Source: Planctomycetaceae bacterium
GTDB lineage: Bacteria; Planctomycetota; Planctomycetia; Pirellulales; UBA1268
Direction: 5' to 3'
DNA length: 43,740 nt
Assembly: GCA_046095965.1 (NCBI GenBank)
Contig: JBJTJO010000160.1
Span: 1-43,740 of the forward strand
Below, piece after piece: positions 33,411-41,746 of this stretch. The number at the start of each line of letters is the position of its first letter. Position 1 is the first letter of the stretch. Position numbers and translations under genes: made by a program. Below the pieces are notes generated by a model. That model did not search any database. It saw only the letters and a list, made by a program, of their open reading frames with translations, and was not told the origin of the DNA.

Positions 33411-35567
33411 ATGGACGCCTCTGCATCGACCGCACGTGAGCCGGCGCTCGTCATGCCGCTCGAGCGGCTGCCGGGCGTGGGGACCGCGCGGGCGCAGCGG
33501 CTCGTGAAGCTCGGGCTCGTCACCGTCCGCGACGCCCTGCTGCATTTTCCCCGCGAGTATCGCGACTTCTCCGGCGCGCACTCGGTGGCCGACCTGCGCG
33601 AGGGGGAGCACGCGTCGCTCGCGGGCGCCGTCACCGCCATCGACTCGCGCACGACCGCGGCCGGCCGGCCGCTGCTGACCGTGAAACTCGATGCGGGGGG
33701 CGCGCTGGTCCGCGCCGTGTGGTTCAACATGCCGTTCATGACGAAGCGGTTCGCCGTCGGGATGCGGGTGGTCGTGGCCGGTCAGCCGCGGCAGGCCGGA
33801 TCGGCGTGGGAATTCCCGCACCCGGACGTTCGCTGGCTCGACGCCGGGGAGGACGGGACGGGCACCGACTGGCTGGCCGTCTACCCGCTCGCCGAGGGCG
33901 TGCAGCAGTCGCACGTGCGGATGGCGGTGCAGGCCGCCCTCGACCATGCCGCCGACGCCTGGCCCGAGGCGTTTCCCGCGGACCTGCTCGAGGCGAAGAA
34001 CCTCTTGCCCATCGGAAGCGCGATCCGCGGGATCCACCGTCCCGCGTCGCGTGCGATGATCGACGCCGCCCGGCGGCGGTTCGTCTACCAGGAGCTGTTC
34101 ATGCTCCAGCTCGCGCTGCGGATGCACCGCAGCCGGCAGCGGGAGCGGCGGGCGGCGCCCGCGATCGTCGTCGATTCCCGCCTCGACGGCCGGATCCGCG
34201 CGCGGTTCCCGTTCGACTTCACGGCCGCCCAGCGCAGGGTCTGCGCCGAGATCGCCGCCGACTTGGCCCGGCCCGAGCCGATGAACCGGCTGCTCCAGGG
34301 AGACGTGGGCAGCGGCAAGACCGCCGTCGCCGTCTACGCCATGCTCGCGGCCGTCGGCACGATCGTGAAGCAGGCGGCCATCGACGGTGGCGAGCCGCGG
34401 CCGGTGACCGGCGCCGACGGGAAGCCCGAGCGGTTCCAGGCCGCGATCATGGCGCCGACCGAGCTTCTCGCCCGGCAGCACGCGGCCACGCTCGCGCGGA
34501 TGCTCGCCGGCAGCGGCGTGGAAGTGCAGCTCCTCGTCGGCGGCCAGCCGGCGAAGCGGCGGGAGCGGATCCTCGAGCGGATCGCGTCGGGGGCGGCCGG
34601 CATCGTGGTCGGCACGCAGGCTCTCGTCGCGGGGCAGGCGCGGTTCCGGCACCTCGGGCTCGTCGTCATCGACGAGCAGCATCGCTTCGGCGTCGTGCAG
34701 CGGGCGGTGCTCCAGCAGGGGCAGGCCGAGCCCCACACGCTCGTGATGACGGCCACGCCGATTCCGCGGACGATCGCCCACGCCGTCTACGGCGACCTCG
34801 ACGTGTCGGTGCTCGACGAGCAGCCGCCCGGCCGACGGCCCGTGGCCACCTACCGCGTGGCCGCGGCCGACCTCGATCGCTGGTGGGACTTCTACCGGAA
34901 GAAGCTCCGCGAGGGCCGCCGCGGCTACGTCGTCGTGCCGGCGGTCGAGGAGTCGAAGCGGGGGCTGGCCAGCATCTCGTCGGCGTTCGAGGAGCTCGCG
35001 AACGGCCCACTCGAGGCCTTTCGGCTCGGGCTCGTGCACGGCCGCCTGAAGCCGGCCGCGAAGGACGCCGTGATGGAGGACTTTCGCGCCGGCAAACTCG
35101 ATGCGATCGTGGCCACGAGCGTGATCGAGGTGGGGATCGACGTGCCCGAGGCGACGCTCATGACGATCCTCGATGCGGAGTCGTTCGGACTCGCGCAGCT
35201 CCACCAGCTCCGCGGCCGCGTGGCCCGCGGCGGCGTGCAGGGCATCTGCGGTGCGGTGACGGCCGATGCCGCGGCGCCGCATCCCCGCGTGGACGCGTTC
35301 GCGGCCACGACCGACGGTTTCGCGCTCGCCGAGCAGGACCTCCTCCTTCGCGGCCCCGGCGACCTCGTCGGCACGCGGCAGAGCGGCGCGCCGCCGCTCT
35401 ATCTTGCGGACCTGCTCCGGGACTCGTCGATCGTCGCCGAGGCCCGCCGCGACGCGGTCGGGTTCTTCGATCGCGACCCCGGGATCGTCGAGCCGGCGCA
35501 CGCGCACCTGAGGCGGGTGATCCTCGACCGCTGGGGGCCCACGCTCGGCCTCGGCCAGGTGGGCTGA
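33411..35567 (+). CDS. recG: ATP-dependent DNA helicase RecG
   Basis: The N-terminus is 'LERLPGVGTARAQRLVKLGLVTVRDALLHFP', followed by the wedge/OB region. Walker A is 'LLQGDVGSGKTAVA', DEQH is 'LVVIDEQHRFGV', 'TATPIPRT' is present, and motif VI is 'LHQLRGRVARG'. Confidence 0.95.
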   Translation: MDASASTAREPALVMPLERLPGVGTARAQRLVKLGLVTVRDALLHFPREYRDFSGAHSVADLREGEHASLAGAVTAIDSRTTAAGRPLLTVKLDAGGALVRAVWFNMPFMTKRFAVGMRVVVAGQPRQAGSAWEFPHPDVRWLDAGEDGTGTDWLAVYPLAEGVQQSHVRMAVQAALDHAADAWPEAFPADLLEAKNLLPIGSAIRGIHRPASRAMIDAARRRFVYQELFMLQLALRMHRSRQRERRAAPAIVVDSRLDGRIRARFPFDFTAAQRRVCAEIAADLARPEPMNRLLQGDVGSGKTAVAVYAMLAAVGTIVKQAAIDGGEPRPVTGADGKPERFQAAIMAPTELLARQHAATLARMLAGSGVEVQLLVGGQPAKRRERILERIASGAAGIVVGTQALVAGQARFRHLGLVVIDEQHRFGVVQRAVLQQGQAEPHTLVMTATPIPRTIAHAVYGDLDVSVLDEQPPGRRPVATYRVAAADLDRWWDFYRKKLREGRRGYVVVPAVEESKRGLASISSAFEELANGPLEAFRLGLVHGRLKPAAKDAVMEDFRAGKLDAIVATSVIEVGIDVPEATLMTILDAESFGLAQLHQLRGRVARGGVQGICGAVTADAAAPHPRVDAFAATTDGFALAEQDLLLRGPGDLVGTRQSGAPPLYLADLLRDSSIVAEARRDAVGFFDRDPGIVEPAHAHLRRVILDRWGPTLGLGQVG

Positions 35568-35583
35568 CGCGGCGGGTCGTCGG

Positions 35584-35826
35584 TCAGCGGACCTCGGCCC
35601 ATGTCCGGTAGGCGATCCGGAGCATCTCCTCGCGGGCCGCGCGAATGAGGTGGGTGAGGGCCTGGCGGACGGCCGACTCGGAGCCACCGGCGGCCGTGAG
35701 CCTGCCGAGCCGGCACGCGGCCGCGTTCACGATCCGGACCGGGTCGCGCTCGTCGGGCGGCAGCCCGAGGATCTCGTGAGGTTCGACGCACCAGGTGGGG
35801 AAATCGGTCCGGTCTGCCGCGGCCAT
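35584..35826 (-). CDS. Hypothetical small protein (80 aa), with weak J-domain helix I/II-like N-terminus lacking HPD
   Basis: The ATG at 35826 is preceded by a strong SD (GGAGGAG, 8-nt spacer). The 'PHEILGLPPDERDPVRIVNAAACRL' pattern is only reminiscent of a J domain, and no HPD is present. Confidence 0.5.
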   Translation of the reverse strand: MAAADRTDFPTWCVEPHEILGLPPDERDPVRIVNAAACRLGRLTAAGGSESAVRQALTHLIRAAREEMLRIAYRTWAEVR

Positions 35827-35906
35827 GCGTCGCGCTCCTCCGGGAGCCGGCGGGGCTCCCTGAAGGGAAAGGCGAGATTTGGCCGGGGAACAGGACACGA
35901 GCCTGA

Positions 35907-35949
35907 CGGATTTTTTTCGGCCTGCGGCCCACCGCCCGAAAAATCGGCC
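35907..35949 (-). terminator. AT-rich inverted repeat (GGATTTTTTTCGGCC ... GCCCGAAAAATCGGCC) about 50 nt downstream of the mqnE stop; candidate terminator hairpin
   Basis: Read directly. The A/T-run arms flank the GGCC-TGC-GGCC core, and this is the most AT-rich stretch in this part of the window. It lacks a canonical GC-stem plus U-tail in the minus-strand orientation, so assignment as a terminator is tentative. Confidence 0.3.
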
Positions 35950-35996
35950 TCGGGACGCGGATTCCGACACCCCCCCGTGGCGACCGTCGCGGGGAG

Positions 35997-37145
35997 TCAG
36001 CGGGCCGCGGCCCCTTCGGCGGCCCCGGCCGTCGTGATCCGCCAGGCGACGCCGTCCCGCTCCACGCGGCGGTAGAGCGTGTCCCGCTCCACGGGCTCTC
36101 GGCCGGCCTCGCGGATGAGCCGCCGGATCTCCTCGACCGAGAGCACCTCGGGGGTTGTCGCCCCGGCATCGTGGTAGATGAGCTCGTGGCGGACGGTGCC
36201 GTCGAGATCGTCGGCGCCGTAGGCGAGCGCGGCCTGGGCCGTGCCGATGCCGAGCATGATCCAGTAGGCCTTGAGGTGGTCGAAGTTGTCGAGCACGAGG
36301 CGCGAGATCGCCATCGTCCGCAGGCTCATCGCGGCCGATGGCTTCGGGATGTGCGACAGCCGCGTGTTGTCGGGATGGAAGGCCAGCGGGATGAACGTCT
36401 GGAAGCCGCCGGTCTCGTCCTGGAGCTCGCGGAGCCTGAGCAGATGGTCGGTGCGGTGGAAGGCGTTCTCGATGTGGCCATAGAGCATGGTGGCGTTGCT
36501 CCGCAGGCCGAGCTCGTGGGCCGTGCGGTGGACGGTGAACCATTCCCGCGTGTCGGCCTTGTGCTCGCAGATCTTGTCACGAACCTCGGGATGGAAGATC
36601 TCGGCCCCGCCGCCGGGCAGGCTGCCGAGGCCCGCGTCCTTCATCTCCACGAGGATGTCGCGGACGCTCCGCTTCGTGAGGTGGCAGAACCAGTTGATCT
36701 CGACCGGCGTCCAGGCCTTGAGGTGCAGCGTCGGATGGGCGTCGTGAAGGAGGCGGACGACGTTGAGATACCAGTCGTAGTCCTTCTGGTGATGCAGCCC
36801 GCCGACGATGTGCATCTCGGTCGATCCCGCCTCGACCGCCTCCCGGCCCCGGGCCAGGATCTGCTCGTCGCTCATCACGTAGCCGCGGGCCTCACGGAGA
36901 TCCGCACGAAACGCGCAGAACGTGCAGCGGTAGACGCAGACGTTCGTCGGGTTGAGGTGCGTGTTGATGTTGTAGAACGCGCGGTCGCCGTGCTTCCGTT
37001 TGCGCACGATGTTCGCGAGTTCCCCGAGCTCGTGCAGCGAGACCCGCTCGTCCCAGAGGGATTCGGCCTCGGCGGCGTCGAGGCGGACGCCCGCCTCCAC
37101 CTTCTCACGGACGGCATCGAGCGACGGGGCGACGGCACGGATCAT
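35997..37145 (-). CDS. mqnE: Radical-SAM menaquinone (futalosine pathway) enzyme, most likely aminodeoxyfutalosine synthase MqnE (MqnC not fully excluded)
   Basis: The ATG at 37145 gives 'MIRAVAPSLDAVREKVEAG.RL..'. The radical-SAM cluster motif is 'NINTHLNPTNVCVYRCTFCAF' (CxxxCxxC). Also present are 'HIVGGLHHQ', 'GGGAEIF', 'LRLRELQDETGGFQTFIPLAFHP' and 'GADDLDGTV'. The 'xxHLNxTNVC' form matches my recollection of MqnE rather than MqnC. It is co-operonic with ubiA, ubiX and ubiE homologues. Confidence 0.8.
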   Translation of the reverse strand: MIRAVAPSLDAVREKVEAGVRLDAAEAESLWDERVSLHELGELANIVRKRKHGDRAFYNINTHLNPTNVCVYRCTFCAFRADLREARGYVMSDEQILARGREAVEAGSTEMHIVGGLHHQKDYDWYLNVVRLLHDAHPTLHLKAWTPVEINWFCHLTKRSVRDILVEMKDAGLGSLPGGGAEIFHPEVRDKICEHKADTREWFTVHRTAHELGLRSNATMLYGHIENAFHRTDHLLRLRELQDETGGFQTFIPLAFHPDNTRLSHIPKPSAAMSLRTMAISRLVLDNFDHLKAYWIMLGIGTAQAALAYGADDLDGTVRHELIYHDAGATTPEVLSVEEIRRLIREAGREPVERDTLYRRVERDGVAWRITTAGAAEGAAAR

Positions 37146-37213
37146 GGGGCTGGCCTCGGGGACGATCTCACCAGGGAAACCGCAGCCGGCGGGATTCCGC
37201 AACCGGCGGTGCC

Positions 37214-38128
37214 TCACCACCGTACATCGGCCGCGACGGCGGCGAGAAGCACCAGGCCGACCGCGGCGTTGGCCGTGAAAAAGGCCTGGTTCACGCGGGA
37301 CAGGTCGTCGGGGCGGACGAGGGAATGCTCCCAGGCGAGAAGGGCCGCGATCGCGCCCCAGGCGAGCCAGTAGATCCACCCGAACTCGGGCACGGCAAGC
37401 GGGAGACACGCGAGCAGGGCGAGGGCCGCGACGTGAAGCCACTTCGCGCGGCGGAGGGCCCGCGGCACGCCGAGTTGGGCCGGCACGCTGTGCAGCCCAT
37501 GGGCGGCGTCGAAGGCGGCGTCCTGGCAGGCGTAGATGATGTCGAAGCCCGCCACCCAGGCGGTGACCGCGAGGCCGAGGATGGCGGCGGGCAGGATGTC
37601 GGCGGGATCGCGCAGCAGCGTCGCGCCGCGGAGGGCGATCCAGGCGGCGACGGGGGCGAGGCCGAGGGCCGCGCCGAGCCAGAGGTGCGCCAGCGACGTG
37701 AACCGTTTCGCATAGCTGTAGCCGAGCAGCCAGGCCAGCACGGGCAGGGAGAGCGCGACCGGCAGCCAGTTGGGCAGGAAGACGAGCGTGGCTGCGACGA
37801 ACGCGGCCGACGACGCGACGACGAGGCCGAGCACCTGCGCGGCCGACACGTCGCCTCGTGGCAGGTGCCGCGACGCGGTGCGGGGGTTCGCCGCGTCGAG
37901 CGCCCGATCGACGAGCCGGTTGAAGGCCATCGCCGCCGTGCGCGCGGCGATCATGCAGGCGAGGACGCCGGCCGCCGGCCGGAGCCACGTCGCGGGCTCC
38001 GCGGCCACGACGCCACCGTCGCCGCCCCGGGCCACGGCCAGCAGTGCCGCCATGACCGCGAAGGGCAGGGCGAATATCGTGTGGCTGAACCGCACGAGTT
38101 CGAGGTACGTGCGGAGCGTGGCGGCCAT
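37214..38128 (-). CDS. UbiA-family polyprenyltransferase (in this context likely the menaquinone-branch prenyltransferase, MqnP-like)
   Basis: The ATG at 38128 gives 'MAATLRTYLELVRFSHTIFALPFAVMAA'. The Asp-rich motifs are 'NRLVDRALDAANPRT' and 'FDIIYACQDAAFD', and the protein is polytopic. The start overlaps the ubiX stop by 1 nt (TGATG). Confidence 0.85.
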   Translation of the reverse strand: MAATLRTYLELVRFSHTIFALPFAVMAALLAVARGGDGGVVAAEPATWLRPAAGVLACMIAARTAAMAFNRLVDRALDAANPRTASRHLPRGDVSAAQVLGLVVASSAAFVAATLVFLPNWLPVALSLPVLAWLLGYSYAKRFTSLAHLWLGAALGLAPVAAWIALRGATLLRDPADILPAAILGLAVTAWVAGFDIIYACQDAAFDAAHGLHSVPAQLGVPRALRRAKWLHVAALALLACLPLAVPEFGWIYWLAWGAIAALLAWEHSLVRPDDLSRVNQAFFTANAAVGLVLLAAVAADVRW

Positions 38129-38745
38129 CAGGACGACACGCCCCAGCGTTGCACGAGCGTGTTGGCCACCCCGAGCTGGTCGCAGATCCGGGCCACGACG
38201 AAGTCCACGAGGTCGGCCACGGTTTCCGCGCGGGCATAGAAGCCTGGCGCGGCGGGCAGCACGACCGCGCCGGCCTCGTGGATGGCCTGCATGTTCCTGA
38301 GTTGCGGCAGCGAGAGGGGCGTCTCCCGGGGCACGACGACGAGCTTCCGCCGCTCCTTGAGGTGCACCTCGGCGGCACGGTGGATGAGGTTCTCCCCCAT
38401 GGCGTGCGCCACGGCGGCGAGCGTGCTGCCGCTGCACGGGCAGATCACCATCGCGGCGGTCAGGAACGACCCGCTCGCGATCGGGGCCATGAGGTTCTTG
38501 TGGTGGTGGTAGTGGAGCCGGCCGGCCGGGGGCAGGGCCTTGCCCAGGAGCGCGGCGGCGTCGAAGCGGTCGAGATCGATCCGGCGGCCGAGTTCCGTCG
38601 CCAGCACGGCCTCGCCCGACGGGCTGATCGAGAGATGCACCTCGCGGCCCGCGGCGAGCAGCACCTCGAGCAGCCGCACGCCGTACGGCGCACCCGACGC
38701 GCCGGTGATGCCGAGGACGACGGGGAGTGGGGCGTCGGCGGGCAT
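38128..38745 (-). CDS. ubiX: Flavin prenyltransferase UbiX (UbiX/Pad1 family)
   Basis: 'VVLGITGASGAPYGVRLLEVLL', 'MVICPCSGSTLAAVAHAMGENLIHRAAEVHLKERRKLVVVPRETPLS' and 'LPAAPGFY' are canonical UbiX motifs. Confidence 0.93.
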   Translation of the reverse strand: MPADAPLPVVLGITGASGAPYGVRLLEVLLAAGREVHLSISPSGEAVLATELGRRIDLDRFDAAALLGKALPPAGRLHYHHHKNLMAPIASGSFLTAAMVICPCSGSTLAAVAHAMGENLIHRAAEVHLKERRKLVVVPRETPLSLPQLRNMQAIHEAGAVVLPAAPGFYARAETVADLVDFVVARICDQLGVANTLVQRWGVSS

Positions 38746-38749
38746 GGCG

Positions 38750-39511
38750 TCAGGCTCCCCGGTGGCAGACGGAGAGCGAGGCGATGCCGAGCGTGAGCGG
38801 CACGATCTCCACGCGGTCGAACCCGGCGGCCCGGACGAGGCTCGCGAGCGCGTCGCCCGAGGGAAACTCCTCGACGCTCTTGTTCAGGTAGGTGTAGGCG
38901 TCGGAGGCGTTGCGGGCCACGGTGTTGCCGATGGCGGGCAGCACGTTGCGGAAGTACCAGAGGTAGAAGCCGCGGACGAGCGCGTTGGCGGGGAGCGAGA
39001 ACTCCAGGATCGCGAGCGTGCCGCCGGGCTTGAGCACCCGGGCCATCTCGGCGAGGCCGCGGGCGGTGTCGGCGATGTTCCGCAGTCCGAACGCCACGGT
39101 CACGAGGTCGAACGCCGCCGCGGGGAAGGGCAGGGCCATCGCGTCGGCCTCGACCCACTCCACGGGCAGGCCCGCGTGGCGTGACTTCTCCACGCCGCGA
39201 TCGAGCATCGGCCGGCAGAAGTCGCTGGCCACGATCCGCACGCCGGGTCCGGCGGCCCGTGCGTAGGCCCGGGCGAGGTCGCCGGTGCCGGTGCAGACGT
39301 CGAGGATCGCGCCGCCGGCCGCCGGGGGCGGCGCGCGGCGCACGGTCGTCCGCCGCCAGCGCACGTCGATGCCGCCGGAGAGCAGCCGGTTGACGAGGTC
39401 GTAGCGCGGGGCGATCTCGGCGAACATGCCACGGACGCGGACGCCGCTCTTGTCCACGGCTGGGCCCGTGTCGGGGGCGCCGTTCGGCGACTGCTCGATC
39501 GTGAGGGGCAT
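38750..39511 (-). CDS. ubiE: Demethylmenaquinone/ubiquinone C-methyltransferase (UbiE/MenG)
   Basis: 'VRGMFAEIAPRYDLVNRLLSGGIDVRWRR' and the SAM motif I 'ILDVCTGTGDLA' are present. So are 'AFGLRNI.D...GLAEM.RVLKPGG.L.ILEFS.P' and 'YTYL..SVEEFPSG'. The start ATG at 39511 lies within ORF ..39595. Confidence 0.92.
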   Translation of the reverse strand: MPLTIEQSPNGAPDTGPAVDKSGVRVRGMFAEIAPRYDLVNRLLSGGIDVRWRRTTVRRAPPPAAGGAILDVCTGTGDLARAYARAAGPGVRIVASDFCRPMLDRGVEKSRHAGLPVEWVEADAMALPFPAAAFDLVTVAFGLRNIADTARGLAEMARVLKPGGTLAILEFSLPANALVRGFYLWYFRNVLPAIGNTVARNASDAYTYLNKSVEEFPSGDALASLVRAAGFDRVEIVPLTLGIASLSVCHRGA

Positions 39512-39700
39512 CGTGTGACGTCTTCCGGGCCGTGGATCATCCAGCGTCGTGGGCGGGCGTGCCTGCGGAGGGTGGCACCGCCATGACCCCGGCATCCTAT
39601 GCCGCCCGGGGATGTTGCGGGAGGGATCGCCATCCCCTGCAACGGCCTGCGGGTGGCAGCGACGCGCACCCCGGCCCTCGGCCAGGCCGGCCCGCCGGCC

Positions 39701-41551
39701 TCAGGGCCTCGAGATCGTCACCGCGAGCTCGCCGTCGTTGTCCGCGAGCGCCGTCCAGTCGTCGGCGCAGCGGAAGTGCAGCCGGCCCGACGCGGGGGCC
39801 TCGAACCCGGAGCGGGTTCCGATCGGGATCTCGGCTGTGAGATCGTATCCGTCGCCATCGATCAGCACCGCGGCCACGAGCCGGCCGCGGCCGGCGCCAT
39901 CGCCGGCGCCGTCGAGCGGGGGGCCGACCGTGGCGGTGCGCCATGTGCCGATGGCGACGATCTCGTAGCGGGTCCCCTTCTCGACGGTGACGCCGCCCGA
40001 CTGCCAGCCCCCCTTGGCCTTCACCCGCACGTCGGTCTTCCCGCCGGCGGGGAGCGGCCGGAACCGGGCTCGCCACGGCCAGGCCGCCAGATCGGCGCGA
40101 TAGCCGTTCCCCACGGCCTTCAGAAACTGGTCGTACTCGAACGAGATTTCCTTCGCGACCGGTCCATAGACCGACTCGAACGAGGCCTCGGGATGTCCCT
40201 CCATGAGCTGGATCGCCAGCGGCTTGAACCGGTCGTTGTAGTTGGGGTTGGAGGCCAGCAGGTGGCACAGCGCCCACCGCCAGGCGTAGTCCTGCCACGT
40301 GCCGGGGTCGGTCCGGCCGGGCACGGCGATCTCCGTCAGTCGCCGCCGCCGCGGCTCCTTCTGCAGGTAGCCCATCACCGGGGGCGGGATGTCCACGGCC
40401 GTCTCGCCGTCCTTCCAGTAGTTGGCCAGTTCGGCGAAGCCCTCGGAGAGCCACGTGGGCCCCGTCGATCCGAACGTCAGGTGGCAGAAGCCGTGTGCGC
40501 ACTCGTGCTGGATGACGCCGTGGTCGGCGCAGGAGTAGAGCTCCGCGCGGCGCTGTGGCCCGAGCGAGGAGCACATGCACACCCCCTCGCCCCGCCGGAT
40601 CTTCTCGACGCCCCGCGGATCGGCCAGCGCGCCGGGCGGAAACGCGCCGAGGTCACGGGCGATGAATCCCTGCACGAGGCCCTGGGGCTGGCGTCCGAAG
40701 TAGACCTCGAGCCTGCCGACCATCCGCTCCAGTTTGTGCTCGATGATCGCCCACTCGCGGTCGGACACATCGGTGAGGAACGCGAAGTGCTTCGACCGGA
40801 CCTCGCGGGCCGCCGCCTTCGGTTCCGCCGACAACTTCGCGAAGCGTCGTTCGAGGGCCGCGTCGCCATCGGTGGCCACGGCCCCCCCGGGGTTCTCGGC
40901 GACGAGTCGGCGCGCGATGACGTCGCCGGAATCGAGCCGCACGGCTTCCAGGCTCACGACCCGCGCCCCGGCCACGATCTTCCGCGGATCGGCGGACGAC
41001 ATCTCGAACACCGCCTCCTTCGCCAGCGGAAAGGAGACGACGACGGCCTTGGGGAACGGCTTGCCGGCGGGCAGCTCCACCGCGATCCTCGCCGCGAGCA
41101 GGTTCTTGAGCGGCGCCACGATCTCGCAGGGTGCGAACGCGCCGGCCGGCGGTGGCCCGGCGGGCCAGGTCGCGCCGACATCGGCGGGCACGTCCCCGAC
41201 GGTCACCGTGGCGACCTCCCCGGCCCCCTTTCCGGCGCCGTTCATCGTCGCCCGAAACCGGACGACCTGGCCGGCGGTGACCTGCCGTGCCGCGATCCCG
41301 CCCGTGACCCGCACCTCGGACGGAAACTCGAGCATGCGGCCGTCGGCCAGCGCCACGCCTTTGGCGCCCGGCCCCTGGACCCGCACCTCGACACGCCCCT
41401 GCCGCTCGTCCCGCACCGTGACGACGCCCGCAGCCACGGCCTCGACCGTGCCGGTGAGCGACACCTCCTCGGTGATCCGCAGCTGCGCGTCGGCCCGCAC
41501 GCACGTCAGGACGGCGACGCAGAGGCATGCGGCGGTGCTCGGCAGGCGCAT
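39701..41551 (-). CDS. Secreted putative zinc metallopeptidase (HEXXH; DUF1570/peptidase-MA-like) with a C-terminal beta-rich domain
   Basis: The signal peptide is 'MRLPSTAACLCVAVLTCVRADA'. 'VIQHECAHGFCHLTFGSTGPTWLSEGFAELANYW' carries HEXXH at 40493..40507 (in frame) with a downstream Glu. The C-terminal ~130-aa Gly/Trp-rich segment may be lectin-like, but this is unverified. Confidence 0.75.
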   Translation of the reverse strand: MRLPSTAACLCVAVLTCVRADAQLRITEEVSLTGTVEAVAAGVVTVRDERQGRVEVRVQGPGAKGVALADGRMLEFPSEVRVTGGIAARQVTAGQVVRFRATMNGAGKGAGEVATVTVGDVPADVGATWPAGPPPAGAFAPCEIVAPLKNLLAARIAVELPAGKPFPKAVVVSFPLAKEAVFEMSSADPRKIVAGARVVSLEAVRLDSGDVIARRLVAENPGGAVATDGDAALERRFAKLSAEPKAAAREVRSKHFAFLTDVSDREWAIIEHKLERMVGRLEVYFGRQPQGLVQGFIARDLGAFPPGALADPRGVEKIRRGEGVCMCSSLGPQRRAELYSCADHGVIQHECAHGFCHLTFGSTGPTWLSEGFAELANYWKDGETAVDIPPPVMGYLQKEPRRRRLTEIAVPGRTDPGTWQDYAWRWALCHLLASNPNYNDRFKPLAIQLMEGHPEASFESVYGPVAKEISFEYDQFLKAVGNGYRADLAAWPWRARFRPLPAGGKTDVRVKAKGGWQSGGVTVEKGTRYEIVAIGTWRTATVGPPLDGAGDGAGRGRLVAAVLIDGDGYDLTAEIPIGTRSGFEAPASGRLHFRCADDWTALADNDGELAVTISRP

Positions 41552-41746
41552 GGGATCGTTGTAGCAAGGTCCGCGGCACGGCCGCTACGGACGGCGCTCG
41601 ATCCCGCGCGGCGGCCTCCGGCCGACGATCCCGGCGCCGGGCCACGGCCCGGCGCGTTCGCGTGGTGCCGCGCGGGGTTTCCGGCTACCCTACGGCTCCG
41701 CGCGAGGCGTCGCGCGGGAGCCAGCCCTCCTTCGAGCGGACGAGCG

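Noticed and set aside
41698-41717. The perfect 8-bp hairpin CCGCGCGA-GGCG-TCGCGCGG, 30 nt upstream of glyQS, considered as a T-box or other tRNA-sensing leader.
   Set aside because: T-box leaders are about 200-300 nt with specifier and T-box motifs, and none is visible in the 195-nt divergent spacer. The hairpin alone is more likely a simple UTR structure or chance palindrome in CG-rich DNA.
39599-41746. The 716-codon N-terminal extension of the glyQS ORF (39599..43390) that would make a 1263-aa protein.
   Set aside because: The extension is antisense to the well-supported HEXXH peptidase gene and is low-complexity. Canonical GlyRS begins at 'MDKPNEQSRMDRIVSLAKRRGFIF' (ATG 41747).
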